Source: Spirogloea muscicola (lineage: Eukaryota). From it: 64,000 nt of DNA. This document shows positions 48,018 through 60,228 of this stretch, piece after piece. The stretch's first letter is position 1. Every line of letters begins with the position of its first letter. Location: positions 287,691 through 351,690 of the forward strand of contig WELB01000011.1 in assembly GCA_009602725.1 (NCBI GenBank), read 5' to 3'. Position numbers and translations under genes: made by a program. The notes beneath the pieces were generated by a model. It was given only the letters and a program-made list of their open reading frames with translations, did not search any database and was not told the origin of the DNA.

Positions 48018-50603
48018 CTAATACTGGTCATTGTCTGTCGCCTTTTCATTGCTGCTATTAGAAGGGGTCGCCTTCCGGTCAGCATTGAGCCCTTGTAGTG
48101 CTGCCAGGACACCCACAACATCCAGCATGGCAGGCCGACGGGACGCGTCCACTAGTATGCAGAACTGGGCGAGCGTGGCCACTTTCCCAGCTTGCTGTGC
48201 ATCAAACTCTCCTTTCAGCCGGGGATCCATGAAGTCATGTATACGGGACTTGTCTTTGAGGGCATAAGCAGCCCATTTGACAAGGTTCTCACGCAGAGGC
48301 GGAAGGTCTGGCTCAGAGCACCTTCTGCCACTTAAGAGCTCAAGGATGACTACTCCAAAACTGTAGACGTCGCTCTTTGCTGTAAGGTGGCCTGCAACAA
48401 CAGGAAAGTGCTTTGCGTCAACCCCCACGCACTCATTCATGTGACTCATAGTTCCGGCCTTCTGAACAGGCAACATATTGTGATGAGAACGTTCTCAACT
48501 CTTCTTAGAAGAACTATGACTGTCAAGCTAGTAGGATTTGTCTCAGAAGAAGCAAAACGCAACCGCTCACACTCTGCTACGAAAGCGTAATCAGACTATA
48601 CAGAGCTTGTGGTACAGCAACACGTGGCTGTGAAGGTGGGCTGAATCAGATGCTCCATGTCAAACACCACAACTTTCTAGAATTCTTCGCAACATAGTAC
48701 CTTGCTTCTTAGTTTTGCTGCAAAAGACACACCCTTACCAGTGCGAATGTACTCAGGAGCTACGTAGCCATGGGTACCAACTACTCTTGTCGTGACATGT
48801 GTCTCCTCGCCAGCTGGGCCGTCCTTGGCCAAGCCAAAGTCGGCGAGCCTAGCTGACCAATCCTGAATGCAAGATGTTTTCCTTTTGTTAGAAGCCAACC
48901 AGCTAGAACTTCCTTGCCTAGTTGACTACCTGTCGCTAGCTAAACTCATCAGCACCTGCTGTGAAGGCGAGAAATTCGTTAGCAGCGTGGCACTGCTGGT
49001 AGGAGACTCTTGCCATACTTGCTCGTCAACATCACATGAGGGATACTCATGCCCATCACCTCGTCAATGAGCACATTGGAGGACTTGAAGTCCCTGTAGA
49101 TGACTTGACTGCTGGCTCCGGAGTGCAGGAAAGCCATGCCTGACGCAGCATCCAGAAGGATACGGAGACGCAAGGACCACGGCAGCACCTCAGCTTCCCC
49201 TGCAGCCATATGGTGAATACCGTGTACTCTTGTTGGGCACTGTTGTCCTCGATGCCTTACAAGATGATGACAATCCCAGGAACAACCAAACTAGTATTTG
49301 ACAGCTTCCAGGTGCTTCAAGCAAATGTGTGCATCATTACATGTGAAAGTTGCACAAATCAGCAATACTCACGCTTGAAGATGATCTGCTCCAGACTACC
49401 CCGCGGCATGAACCTGTACACCAGGCACCGCTTGCTTTTCTGAGCACAATAACCAATGAGTTGCACAAGGTTGGGATGCCTCAGTGCTCCCAGAAAATTT
49501 ACTTCTGCCTGCAACGGAAAGACACATTGGTCAACAGCATGAAGCAATTTGACTAGCTCACACAAGTAAAGCTTTGCATCCGAAGGCAAAGACTGGAGGC
49601 GAGATCCTTCAAGTCTGGCACAGCAAGCAGCCTCTGGGGCATCCTTTGTAACATAAGGGCGCTTGCAACGCATTATCAACCATTGCATTGCCCAGCGCAC
49701 GCCTGAGCGAGTAGCAATAATCCTGGACTGCACCAACTAAGGAGATTGGCACAACCACAAAGACAGCATTGTGACCTACACCTGCTTCTTGTTAGGCATC
49801 ATCCTCACCATGAATTCTTTGTGGCCCTGCTGGGACTCCGCATTCAGGCTCTTGATAGCCACTGCCTCCCTGACACCTGGCAAGTCTGAGTTAACGTGCA
49901 AACCTGCCTTGTATACTGAGCCAAAGCCACCTTCTCCAAGCTTGTATTCATCCGCGAAAAAGTTGGTTGCCATAGCCAGCTCCTGGTAGGTGTAGACCAT
50001 CAAGTGACTGAACTCATGGCTTGGAAGTTCGAATGAGCTATTGAAGCCACGCGACTGCGTCGGCGTGAGCGCCTCACATTGGTAGGATGACGCAACTGAG
50101 GTGGAGCATGGCAAGTCGGGGGCAACCTAAGTCCCAAAGTCAATATGACAGATGAAGGAAAGCTGATGCAAGCACAGGTGCCTATATCCCACACTGATCG
50201 AATCAATATCCCCGTCTAAGCTAGTCCACAGATATTGCAAGTGCTCCCCCAGCACTTGCATTTTCAATCACTATGCACCTACCGCATCACCAGCCTTTCA
50301 GGCCAACATGCATATTCACTTGACAGCGATATCTTGACAAGCAACAACATTCATTAAGGCGGCCAGAATCATGCTCGGTTGCCGCAGAGGGTGTGCTCCA
50401 TGGTTGCCAAGTATTTATCAATACTTGAGCGCAGGGGACCTGAGATCACCTGGCGAGGCAGGTGAACTCAGCCGCAAGGTCAGCTCGGCGGTGTCGACCG
50501 CCAGGGAGGGCTTGGGAGCCGCAGGTCTGCTGGCGTCAGACTCGCTGGATGGCAAGTCATGCGGCCAGTCCGGCCCCTGGGGGCCAGACAGGCAGCCTCC
50601 CAT
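48018..50603 (-). CDS. Receptor-like cytoplasmic kinase (RLCK-VII/PBL-like) with N-terminal MGGC acylation motif
   Basis: [114 protein letters not shown]; no transmembrane segment. Confidence 0.92.
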
Positions 50604-51084
50604 GCAGCGCCGGCGCCGAGGGCGGGCCCTCCCGTCTTGATCTCCCGCGCTCAGGTCTTGCCGCGGCGTCAGCGCGTTCTGCGCCTCCGTCGGCCGAGGT
50701 TCGACATCAGAATCTCACGAAGCCGTCCTACTGCATTGAAACGGAAGCGGCGAAACGAGCGTAAGGCGGCACGGCCAGATGGCAGCGCGGCAGGCGCCGC
50801 CGGCCGCGAGAGCCGCCGCGAGAGCCGCCGGCGCGGGCGGCGCGGGNNNNNNNNNNNNNNNNNNNNNNNNNNNNNNNGGGCGGCGCGGCGCGGGGGGGCT
50901 CGGCGGCGGCCGGGCGCCATGGCCAGCTCGCTAGGGAGCTTTCGCGTTTTGAACTAATGGAATCATGGTGGGGCCGCGCCGGGGTTTGGTCGCCGCCGCC
51001 GTTCCCTCGAGCCGCACCAGGCTGGTGCTCGGGGCACCTGGCCGCGGCACCCTCCCCATCCCTGGATCAGGAGGCGCGCTCTGA

Positions 51085-52230
51085 GCGCGCCTCTTCTCGT
51101 ACTCTGTTCATTCTTTTTCGGGCTGGTTGTTCCAGCCCCTATTCTCAATGGGCGAGCACTTTCTTCTTCTGAGCATTAAACGAGGGAGGCCAAAGGAGAA
51201 AGAGAAAGTGCTCGCCCATTGAGCCAAGGAGGCCAAGGAGAAAGCGCGGCCAGATTGACTAAGAAGAAAGTGCTCGCCCACTGAGAATAGGGGCTGGAAC
51301 AACCAGCCCGAAAAAGAATGAACAGAGTACGAGAAGGGGGCCAGGGGAAGCGCTAAGTAACAGAAACAAAGCTGCTACGAGACACTCAGTAACCCCTGCT
51401 AAGCAGCCGCAGATCAGAGATGCTGGGCTCCTGGAAGTGGGTCCCCTGGCCAGAGCCAGAGGCAGCAGCGAGGGCTCTGCCGGCACGAAGGTGCAGCGCC
51501 CGGGCCATGGACCTCTGCAGCGAGACGGCCAGGCGCATTCGATACACTTGCGCCAGCGACCCGGCTGGACTGGTAGTTGGGAAAGGCCAAGCTTAGCTAC
51601 CATGGCTGTTCATGCAGAACAAGGCAAAGAAGTGGCTCTCCCAATGGGGGCAAGGGCTGTGAAAAGCCAGCCCGAAAAGAATTGACAAACGTTCGAAAGG
51701 GGCCAAATGACGGAGGGGCCTTGAAGCGCTAAGCAGCTACGATGGGGCCTGAAGATGCAAAGAGAGCGCACAGGACGGGGCTACACCAAGCACAAGCGTC
51801 CGGTCAAGAGGTGCTAAGAAAGAAGGGCGGAGCCGAAGCTGCATAATTCTCTGTATAAGAGGGGCTAAGGAAGGAGGGCACGACCGAAGCTGGCTGCAGT
51901 ACCCACGAGTGAGCACATACAACCGGAAAGGCTGAATCGGGGAGCCGGAGCACAGCCACAGAACGGTGGGCTAATGACAGAGAGCTCTTCCCACAGCACA
52001 AGAGAATCGGCTGCTCATTGTTAGCTTCAGATAGAGAAGCTCCCACGATAATGAAGCAATGGTCGGGAGAGGCCAGCCCATGACCGCAGAAGAGAAGAAG
52101 AAAGTGCTTGCCCATTGAGACTAGGGGCTGGAAAAGCCAGCCCGAAAAAGAATGAACAGAGAAGGGGGCCAGGGGAAGCGCTAAGAAGCTCTTCCAAGAA
52201 GAGCTTCGGAAGAGCTTCTTAGCGCTTCTG
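51085..52230. mobile_element. RLE-LINE cluster with a young minus-strand copy (51261-51567) and several tails
   Basis: 51261-51567 is the reverse complement of ~31135-31440 with three substitutions that I could see. Further tails lie at 51085-51170 (+), 51630-51740 (-) and 52090-52190 (-); YVLTRGY occurs at ~51900 (-). Confidence 0.85.
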
Positions 52231-55200
52231 GCGCAGTGGCCTTAGATAGGCTGACCCACAAGGACGGTCAAGGAAGGTCTTGATTGAGGTGAAGGTGGTG
52301 CAACTGAGCCTGGCGGATGCACGGCATGGGCGTGCCCAGCCGGCACCCCCCCAGTAGACCAACCGGAAGGCCTCCAGTCCTGATTGATTAAGACGTAGGA
52401 GTAGTTGACCTGACCCTCCCCCTTGGAAGCGAGGATGCGGTAAAAATCACCATGGCTTTCAGATCGTTCTCCGAAAACCGGAGCCGTGCTGTGTATTAAG
52501 CCATGTGTCAAGCTGTCCCTGTGCCGATCATAAGGCCAAACCACCCACATTCTGTCTCAGCGTGTTGTTGTGGTGATGTGGCATGGGGTAATTGACAGAA
52601 GCCTACTCCAATCTTGCTAAATGCTGCCGCTGTAATTAAATACGCGACACTGATGTGCAGAGTCTGCAGGATGCGTGATTGAGGCCCCTGATCACCGGGA
52701 TGCAAAGGCTGCAGGCAGGAGTTGGATTGATCTTGTCAGCAAAGAAGAACCTATTGAATCATCCATGTCCTTCTTGGAGGTAGGCAAATGGCCCAGGAGG
52801 TAGGCAGTTGACTATTTGTGGGTGCACTGACTGCAGTTCAGTGTAATCCTCAAGAAAAGTTCCTAATTAAGGTCTAGCTTTGCGCGCATGGATCACTAAT
52901 ATACTTCCCTTCTTGCCGTTTTGCCTTGCAGTGACAGAACAGCTCTTGCAGCTACAGGTGCAGTTATTAGCAACCTCCGACCATATAGGGTGTGCTAGTT
53001 GTAAGCCAGAGCAATTTCGATGCTCAAAGAGCCATCAATGCAAGTGCACTCATGGATCAGGCAGGCCTCGTGCTGAGGTCATCTCATCTAGCAGGTGACT
53101 TTCTAGATCATGGAAGGATATACTGAGCCGGCAGGTTGTGCAGCCATGATAGTGGTCAGCTTGATAATCAAGTCCTGAATACATGAGTCTTGCGACTCAT
53201 CATGCGACTTATCAGAGCTTATAGTCGTCCTTCTCAGGCGGTTTCTGTTAGTTAATCGAAAGGCGACTTTGCTCCAAAGATGAGGAAAGGACGTCTACAG
53301 GGACTTTCTTATGAATATTGATGTAGATCTCAGTGGGTGCTGACTGATGAGGTTCTCAAAATACAGCACTTACAGAGGGAACTTGCGGCTCTGCAAAGAA
53401 GCTCTGTAGGCCCCATGCTGCTCTGAGCCGTTCAGTGCTCGTGTCTATTGGATGACCTGTTCCTCCTCGTGACCATTTGGCGGCCTCCAAAAAGTTGAAT
53501 ATGGTCGAGCCTGTCAGAGTGTGGACACAGGCCTAAACTTCGTTAAGAACCTGCTGCTGGTAGATTTGCTACAAAGTTCTATATATGCGTCCAGAATGAG
53601 TCTCAGCATCAGCATCTTTGATGACATGTGGGCGTTAGCATGTGCATCGCTCTGGCTGGCCATCAACAGAGCCACCGCCGAGCGCCCGAGTTGCCACGAG
53701 CCTCGCTTGGAGGAGCAGTCGCCGGGCCGGCCAGGCCGTGAGACGGCACTGCAAGCGCGGCGGCGCCTGCCGAAGCTGGGCTCGGCCTCGCGCGGCGCCA
53801 GCGATGGAGGGTCCAGGGGTCTGGGTTGGGTCTTGGAGTTAAGGATTGGGAGGAGGGGGGTACTTGTGGGCTGAACTCGGCCACCCGAGGACGCCACGTG
53901 GCACCCAAGCGGCGCGATCCCAGCTTGGGCCGCCCCAGACTCGCGCTTCCAGAGCCTGACGCGTGTGCCTGCTGCAGCTCACCCGAGGGGGGCGGCGCCG
54001 CGGATTTGGGGGAGGGGCCGGTCAGGGCCACGNGTGGTGGCGGCGATGGCGGGGCACCCGCGCGCGGCGGCGGCGGCGGCAGTTGCGGCCGTTCTTCTCC
54101 TGGCCTCCGCGGCGGCCTGCGCGGCCGCCGGCGCCGGATCTTTTGATGTGGGTCAAGAGTTCAATGTGTATCAGCTAAGCATGCGCACCCCTGGTCACAT
54201 AGGGACATCACAGCAGTTTTTGCACAGAACCTATCAGCTGAAAATTAACTCATAAATGATAAGTTGGCCATGGACAAATGCCCTAGTATGAGCAGGCTGT
54301 CTCCTCCTTATCCATCAACGAGGCAGACAACAACACCACGCATATGAGCACCCATGTACACCGTCACCGCATCCACAGCCAGACGATGGGGGCAATGACA
54401 TTGTCACTGATGTCGGCGCGTGGCAGGCCAACTCATTTCAGGTAAGCGGCAACGCGGCTGCGCACGGGCATGAGCTAACTCGCCTTGCTTGCTCAAAGTA
54501 CCCATGAAGGATCCTACTTGAGATACTGATTTATGACACAGTCCAATCAACAGTACGTACCTGCACTTGGCACTGTACTGCAAGAGTTGACCCCAACGAT
54601 TGAAGGAACTTTGTCAAGGAGTAGCGAACTTATCTTTTTCCAATCTTCAATAACTGGCGGCCTATCTGCTCAATCTGCGTATCTACCAGTGCGAGCAGCC
54701 AGCCAAGGCTTGGATAATCTAACACCAAGAGCACAAACATGCTGGTGGCCACCAACTTTCTTGTACTAAGCATTTGATTGGGCCACTTCTTTGAGTAGGA
54801 AAATCAGACATCCAAGTCCCGCTCCTACAGACTCAATTCCATTTTGCCTCAACATTCATCCCTACAGATTCTGTGATTAGCCAAAGGAGAACAACAATCC
54901 GGGTTAGAAGGCACTGCCCATAGGTTCCCTCATTAGCTCCTTAATGCAGGCTTCATGTACCATACACATCAGCTGGAGGCTGGCCAGACACATTGCCGAG
55001 AGTGAATCACACATGAGGAGTGCCCACCAAGCAATCACAAGTATGCCAAGGCTTGGTGCGAGGTGAGGCCCTGCGAAGGCAAGTATTCACAAGCCATGCA
55101 GATACCTATGCAAGCTAGCTAAGAGCCCATGCAAGCCCAGTTGGTCACCACTCAGAGCCTGTTGGATAGGCACACGTTGAGCGAGGAGGTCAACAAGCTC

Positions 55201-55426
55201 CAGTAAGTGGAGAAGGCGTTGTGTGTGTCCATTGAGTTAAAACTGCCATGAAATGGAGATGCCTGCGGCTGTCTTGTTGCAAACTTGGTCCTCTTTGCCT
55301 GCGTGGCCGCCTCAAGAGTAGAAGTAATGCACTAGAGGAGCAGCTCCAGCTTCTCACGCACACTCAGCCAGGACATCAGTACTCATGAAAGTGGTACTTG
55401 TGCTGAGCTGCCTGCCATAGGCCCTG

Positions 55427-56360
55427 CTACATGAGCACGGTCCACAAGGCTTCGGCGATCTTGCGAGCAGCTCCAGAGGGGCCCATCCTTAGCCTCCCAT
55501 TGCTGGCTACTCGCGCCAGCAGCCTCTCGTCAGAGAGGAGTCTTGAGATTGCGCATGCCGCCTCGCTCGGGCTTTGGCAGAAGAAGACCTGCACGCAGTA
55601 CGCAAGCGAAGCAGGCTGCTTACACCTATTCGCGGTGTCAACCAAAGGTATAGAGAAGCTCGAAGTTGTTCCAAGTGGTGTGGTGATGCAAAGGTACACT
55701 GTCTCAGCTGTAACCCGTCATTGATGGCACCACGGGCTAGCTTAGACAAGGCAGCTCTCCTGTCACTGTGCAAAGGGGTTACCGAAGAGCCTAAAAGGCG
55801 AGCCTGTGCTTCAGCAAAAGCAAACGTAAATCGTGGCCCGCTTCCAGGGAGTGTAAAGGCTGGCTTGCCCAACCCAATTTGACAAGCAAAATTGCGCGTC
55901 TGATCTTGAGCTGCCTGCAGCAAGTTGCTAAAGTATACTGCTTGCGGTCTGCTCAGCACCCTATCTGACACTTTATATTTGCAGTGGGCGAGAGGAGAGA
56001 CACACGCGCTGGATCAATGCAGGAAGGGGTTGCAATACGTGTGTGCTCAAAAGCTGCTCTGTGGCCGTGCCTGCCATCGCCAGCCGCCATCAGCGAGCTG
56101 GAGGCAGTCGCTGAAGCTTCCTTGAATTACCATCACGGTCTCTGAGTGGTCCTCATGCGCGGCATGACAGGAGCTCCCTTGCGAAGTCCACCTGAACGTT
56201 AGCTCCAGAGTATCCTGCTGCTGTCCAGGTCCACTGGCAAGGGAATGGCTTTCCAGTCACAAGTTCCCTCAGATATATCTCGTGAATGTCCCCTACTGGA
56301 TTCACAGTCTCTGGAGCTTAGAGGGCCCATGATCGTAAGAGAAGCGGGATCACTTGCAAC
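55427..56360 (-). pseudogene. Duplicated 3' part of the TIGR03492/LpxB-related gene, inactivated
   Basis: Collinear with 60229-61200. The donor after TATEQL is TT (GT in the parent), the acceptor before the GLGKPAF exon is AA (AG in the parent), there is a 1-nt deletion in DGGLAM, and the copy is cut off by a LINE fragment. Confidence 0.85.
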
Positions 56361-56369
56361 CCCCAACAG

Positions 56370-56910
56370 CTGACGGTGGCAGGCCAAGGAAACGGTGGAC
56401 GGCACTGCGGAAGGCGTCATCAGGGATGGTAAGCGCGTCGGCGAGGGGGGAGGGCCATCAGCCACGCCGCTGCCCCAGGGGGAGATGCCGACCGCAGTCG
56501 AGCGCGCCCGCGCAGGCCGGCCTCCGGGAGCTGCTGCGAGGCGGTGGCGAAGGCCGCCTGATCCATGGCGGCCGTGAAGCGGCGCGCTTGGAAGCTCGGG
56601 TCGGCGGTGTGCCCCACCAGAAATGGTGGGTCGCGCCGCAAGTGGCCCCATCAGAAAGTCAGAGCAAGCAACACGGGCGTCCCCACTCCCCAACCCTTTC
56701 TCGCTTCCTCCCTCGGCGCTCCAGCTCCCCAAGTTAGCTTGTCAGATTTGTTTGTGCTCACCCGTGGGTACTAATGTCATCTTAGGTACCTTAGATTAGG
56801 TCTCCGTATTATGTAGCATTGTTTAGTCTGCACTCGACTCTGCCTGAACAATGTATTGGCTTGAATTGGCCTCCCTTTCAATTCATGCGCCCCGCGCGCC
56901 TTCTCCCTCG
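56370..56910. mobile_element. CRE-like LINE: inverted internal fragment (minus 56370-56650) joined to a plus-strand 3' end (56700-56910)
   Basis: Minus: RARLRSASPPGAAAWLMALP/DALTIPDDAFRSAVHRFLGLP, the post-RT motif ARL.S....A.AWL.ALP...F..A...LG. Plus: QVSLSDLFVLTRGY* (stop 56774). Confidence 0.8.
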
Positions 56911-57313
56911 TCGTACAGCGCTCCTACGACCCACTGGCTGATTCGAATGGTCCCCATCCCAAATGCTGGTTCACCCTGTCATCTCATCCAACACTTATCC
57001 TCGGTGGTCACTTGCTGCTCTCCGACCTCTGTGGACCTTGTACATGCTTTCGTGGACTCGCCCTCCACAGCCCCCGCCCCGTCTGGACGTGCTGCTGCTC
57101 CCATCACCTCATCATCCCACGCACAGCCCACCAACAAGAGCTTACTCATACCCGCCTCACTTCCTCTCCTTGCTCAGGCTCGACGCACCTCGACCAGTCT
57201 TACCCAGCGCCTTTGCACTCAATACCTGCTCAAACCCAAAGCTGTTCACCACCATCCATAGTGTCAACTATATGCTTGCGCACCCAGACCATCCACTAGC
57301 TCATTGAGGAGAA

Positions 57314-58144
57314 ATGGAGGCCACCACAGAGAAATCAGCTACCACGCCGATAAAACTGCTATGGATCAACCCGGTCACCACGTCCATGTACAACAAGCCC
57401 TTCTCCGACATGATTGCAAGAGTGAAGTCCCCTCATGTGGAGGTGCACGTTGTCTCGCTCCACCTGCCCGGGAAGAACATCACCAACCTCGAGTTCCGCG
57501 CCAGTGAAGCTGCCATCACTCAGCCCGTCCTTCACCTGGCGCACCACGCCGGCAAGAACGACTTCGACGGATGCGCCATCCCCTGCTTCTATGACACCGC
57601 CCTCAAGGAGGCGCGAGAGGTCTGCGGAGGTATGGTCGTCAGCGCCCCTTGCGAAGCCTCGCTCATCGCAATCACCGGCATCTGCAACCGTTTCTCTGTC
57701 ATCATCGGCGTCGAGAAATGGCAGGTCCAGATGGAAGACACCATTCGCGAATACGGATACGGGAACCGAGTCGTCTCCTTTGAAAAGCTCGGCCTGCATG
57801 TCGACGAATTCCAGATGGACCCGGAAGAGACGAGGAAGAGGATGAGGAAGGCGGTTGAAAGGGCCAAGGAGGCCGGGGCCGAGGCCGTCATTCTCGGATG
57901 CACAATCGAGTTCGGCTTCTACGCCACTCTCCAGGACGAGTATGGCATCCCTGTCATAGACGCCGCCTTCGCCTGCTACGTCGACTTGGAGCGCAAGGCG
58001 ATGAACAAAGCGCAATTCGGTTGGACAACGAGCGGAGTTGGCAGCTTGGAGCCACCGAGTGAGGAGGACATTGAGAAGAGTGGCATCTATGCCGGGGAGC
58101 CGCCAATTGATATAGAGAGTGTTGTCATAATTCCTCGGAAGTAG
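57314..58144 (+). CDS. Asp/Glu/hydantoin racemase superfamily protein (hydantoin/allantoin racemase-like), intronless, 276 aa
   Basis: N-terminal LLWINP, paired cysteine motifs PCFYDTAL..ARE and AEAVILGCT, and GIPVID; uninterrupted ORF. Confidence 0.9.
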   Translation: MEATTEKSATTPIKLLWINPVTTSMYNKPFSDMIARVKSPHVEVHVVSLHLPGKNITNLEFRASEAAITQPVLHLAHHAGKNDFDGCAIPCFYDTALKEAREVCGGMVVSAPCEASLIAITGICNRFSVIIGVEKWQVQMEDTIREYGYGNRVVSFEKLGLHVDEFQMDPEETRKRMRKAVERAKEAGAEAVILGCTIEFGFYATLQDEYGIPVIDAAFACYVDLERKAMNKAQFGWTTSGVGSLEPPSEEDIEKSGIYAGEPPIDIESVVIIPRK

Positions 58145-60228
58145 GACAATGGGGCCACAGCAGCACTACTTAGCCTAGCTGGAAATCTTGTATATTTCAG
58201 AGTGTGATACTTCAATTCGTTCTTGTTCATCGAAGCCAGGGTTTTGTATTATTCGGATCTTAACATATATAAATTCAACAATGACCGATGTAACAAAGCC
58301 TGCTTAGTTCTCCAGATGCTGAAATCAATTCCTAGTGCAAAAATCTGATGCCTAGATGCCGTTTGAGCCCAATCACTGATCTGTGATGATCTTTGGTCTC
58401 TGTGCCAGACATCAGCACCATCAGCACCACCGGACCTCACCTGGCCAGTCAGCCCTTTGATGGACCATAACTTTGCTGGGTAGGTCACCAGCACAAACGG
58501 TCGCTCGATTGCTTTTCATATACAATCTGCAGCTTACTTCAACTGACACTAGCAGCAAGTTACTGGCGTCGTTCCTATCCAAAAGCTTCACCAAGCTCTT
58601 GTCGATTGTAGGAGCTATGAGTGGTGTGAACAGTGGGCAGGGATGTGTTGTGCTCACAACCTAAGGATAAGAGAAGCTCCTCATTGAAGCTCATGAGACA
58701 GGAGACAGAGATAGGAGATAGGAGACAGCAGTGAGCTCTTCCAAAGGGGGGAGCCGTCAAAAGATAGCCCAAAAACAATGGACAAGGTCCAAAGGGCTGA
58801 AAAACGCCAAAACCACACAGCTATGCAAGAGACTACAGACAGGAGTCCCATGATAGTTGTCACATTGAAAAACGTTTGCACTCCCGGATCATTTTGAAAT
58901 GGATTATAAGACTCAAAGAGTGTATCAGCTGAGCATGCGCACCCCTGGTCAAATAAGGACATCGCAGCAGTATTTGCAGAAAACTATCAGCTAAGCACTA
59001 CCTTATCATTTGAGAAGTTGGTCATGTAGGAAACTCGGCCCTAGTATGAGCAGGCTCTCCTCCTCTACTCGAACGAGGTCAACACCACACATGCGAGCAC
59101 CCATGCACACCGCCTCCACAGCCAGACCATGGCAGCAATGACATTGTTACTGATGTCGGCACGTGGCAGGCCACCTCAATGTAGTTAAGCAGCAACGCTG
59201 CTGCTCCACTGGCATGAGCTTAAGTCGCTTTTTGCTTGCTCAAAGTACCCTTGCAGGCTCCTACTTGAGATAATGATCCATACATTGTCCAATCACCAGT
59301 ATGAACTGTCACTTGGCACTGCACTGCAAGGGGTTGACCCCATTGATTGAGACAAGTCTGTAAGGGAGTAGAGAACTCATCTACTTCCATCTTCAATAAC
59401 TGGCGGCCAATCTGCTCATCTGCACGTGGGCTGCAGTATCCACCATCGTGAGCAGCCAGCCGAGGCTTGGATATCTTGGCTCGATGAGGACAAACGTGCT
59501 GCTGGCCACCAACTTTCCATGTATCAAACATATTATTGGGCCCACTCCTTTTGAGTAGGAAACTTAGGCATCCAACCCCTGCTGCTACTACTCTCAGCTA
59601 CACTTTGCCTCATCTTGGACACAGAAAAGACGTAGTAGCTCTCTTCAACATTCTTCACTGTACAATCTGTGATTGGCCAAAGGAGGAACAACCATCCGGG
59701 TTAGAAGGCATTGCCCATAAGCATCCTTATCAGCTCCTATAATGCAGGCTTCAAATACCATATACATCAGCTGGAGGCTGGCCAGACCAATGCTGAAGAT
59801 AAACCATACATGAGGAGTGCCCAACAAGCAATCACCATATGCCAAGGCTTTGGTGCAAGGTGAAGGCATGCGAAGGCGCTAGACTATTGACATGCCCATG
59901 GAAATGCCTTTGCAAGCCAGCTAAGAGCCCGCCCAAGCCCGCGCAAGCAGTTGCTCACCGCTCAGAGCCTGTCGTCTGGGCGCACATTGAGCGAGGAGGT
60001 CAACCAGCTCCAGTAACTGGAAAAGCGTGGTGCGTGTTCATCGAACTAATAAATGCAATGCGACGATGATACCTGCGGCCGTCTTGTTGCAAACTTGGTC
60101 CTCTTCGCCTGCGTGGCTGCCTCAAGAGTAGCACTTGTGCACAAGAGCAGCAGCTCTATGAAATATCACGCACACTCAGCGAGGAGTGGGAGAAGTCTTT
60201 GTAGCTGAGCTGCCTACCATAGGCCCTG

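Noticed and set aside
57306..57311. GAGGAG Shine-Dalgarno-like motif before the racemase ATG
   Set aside because: Only 2 nt from the ATG, which is too close for a typical SD and easily arises by chance.
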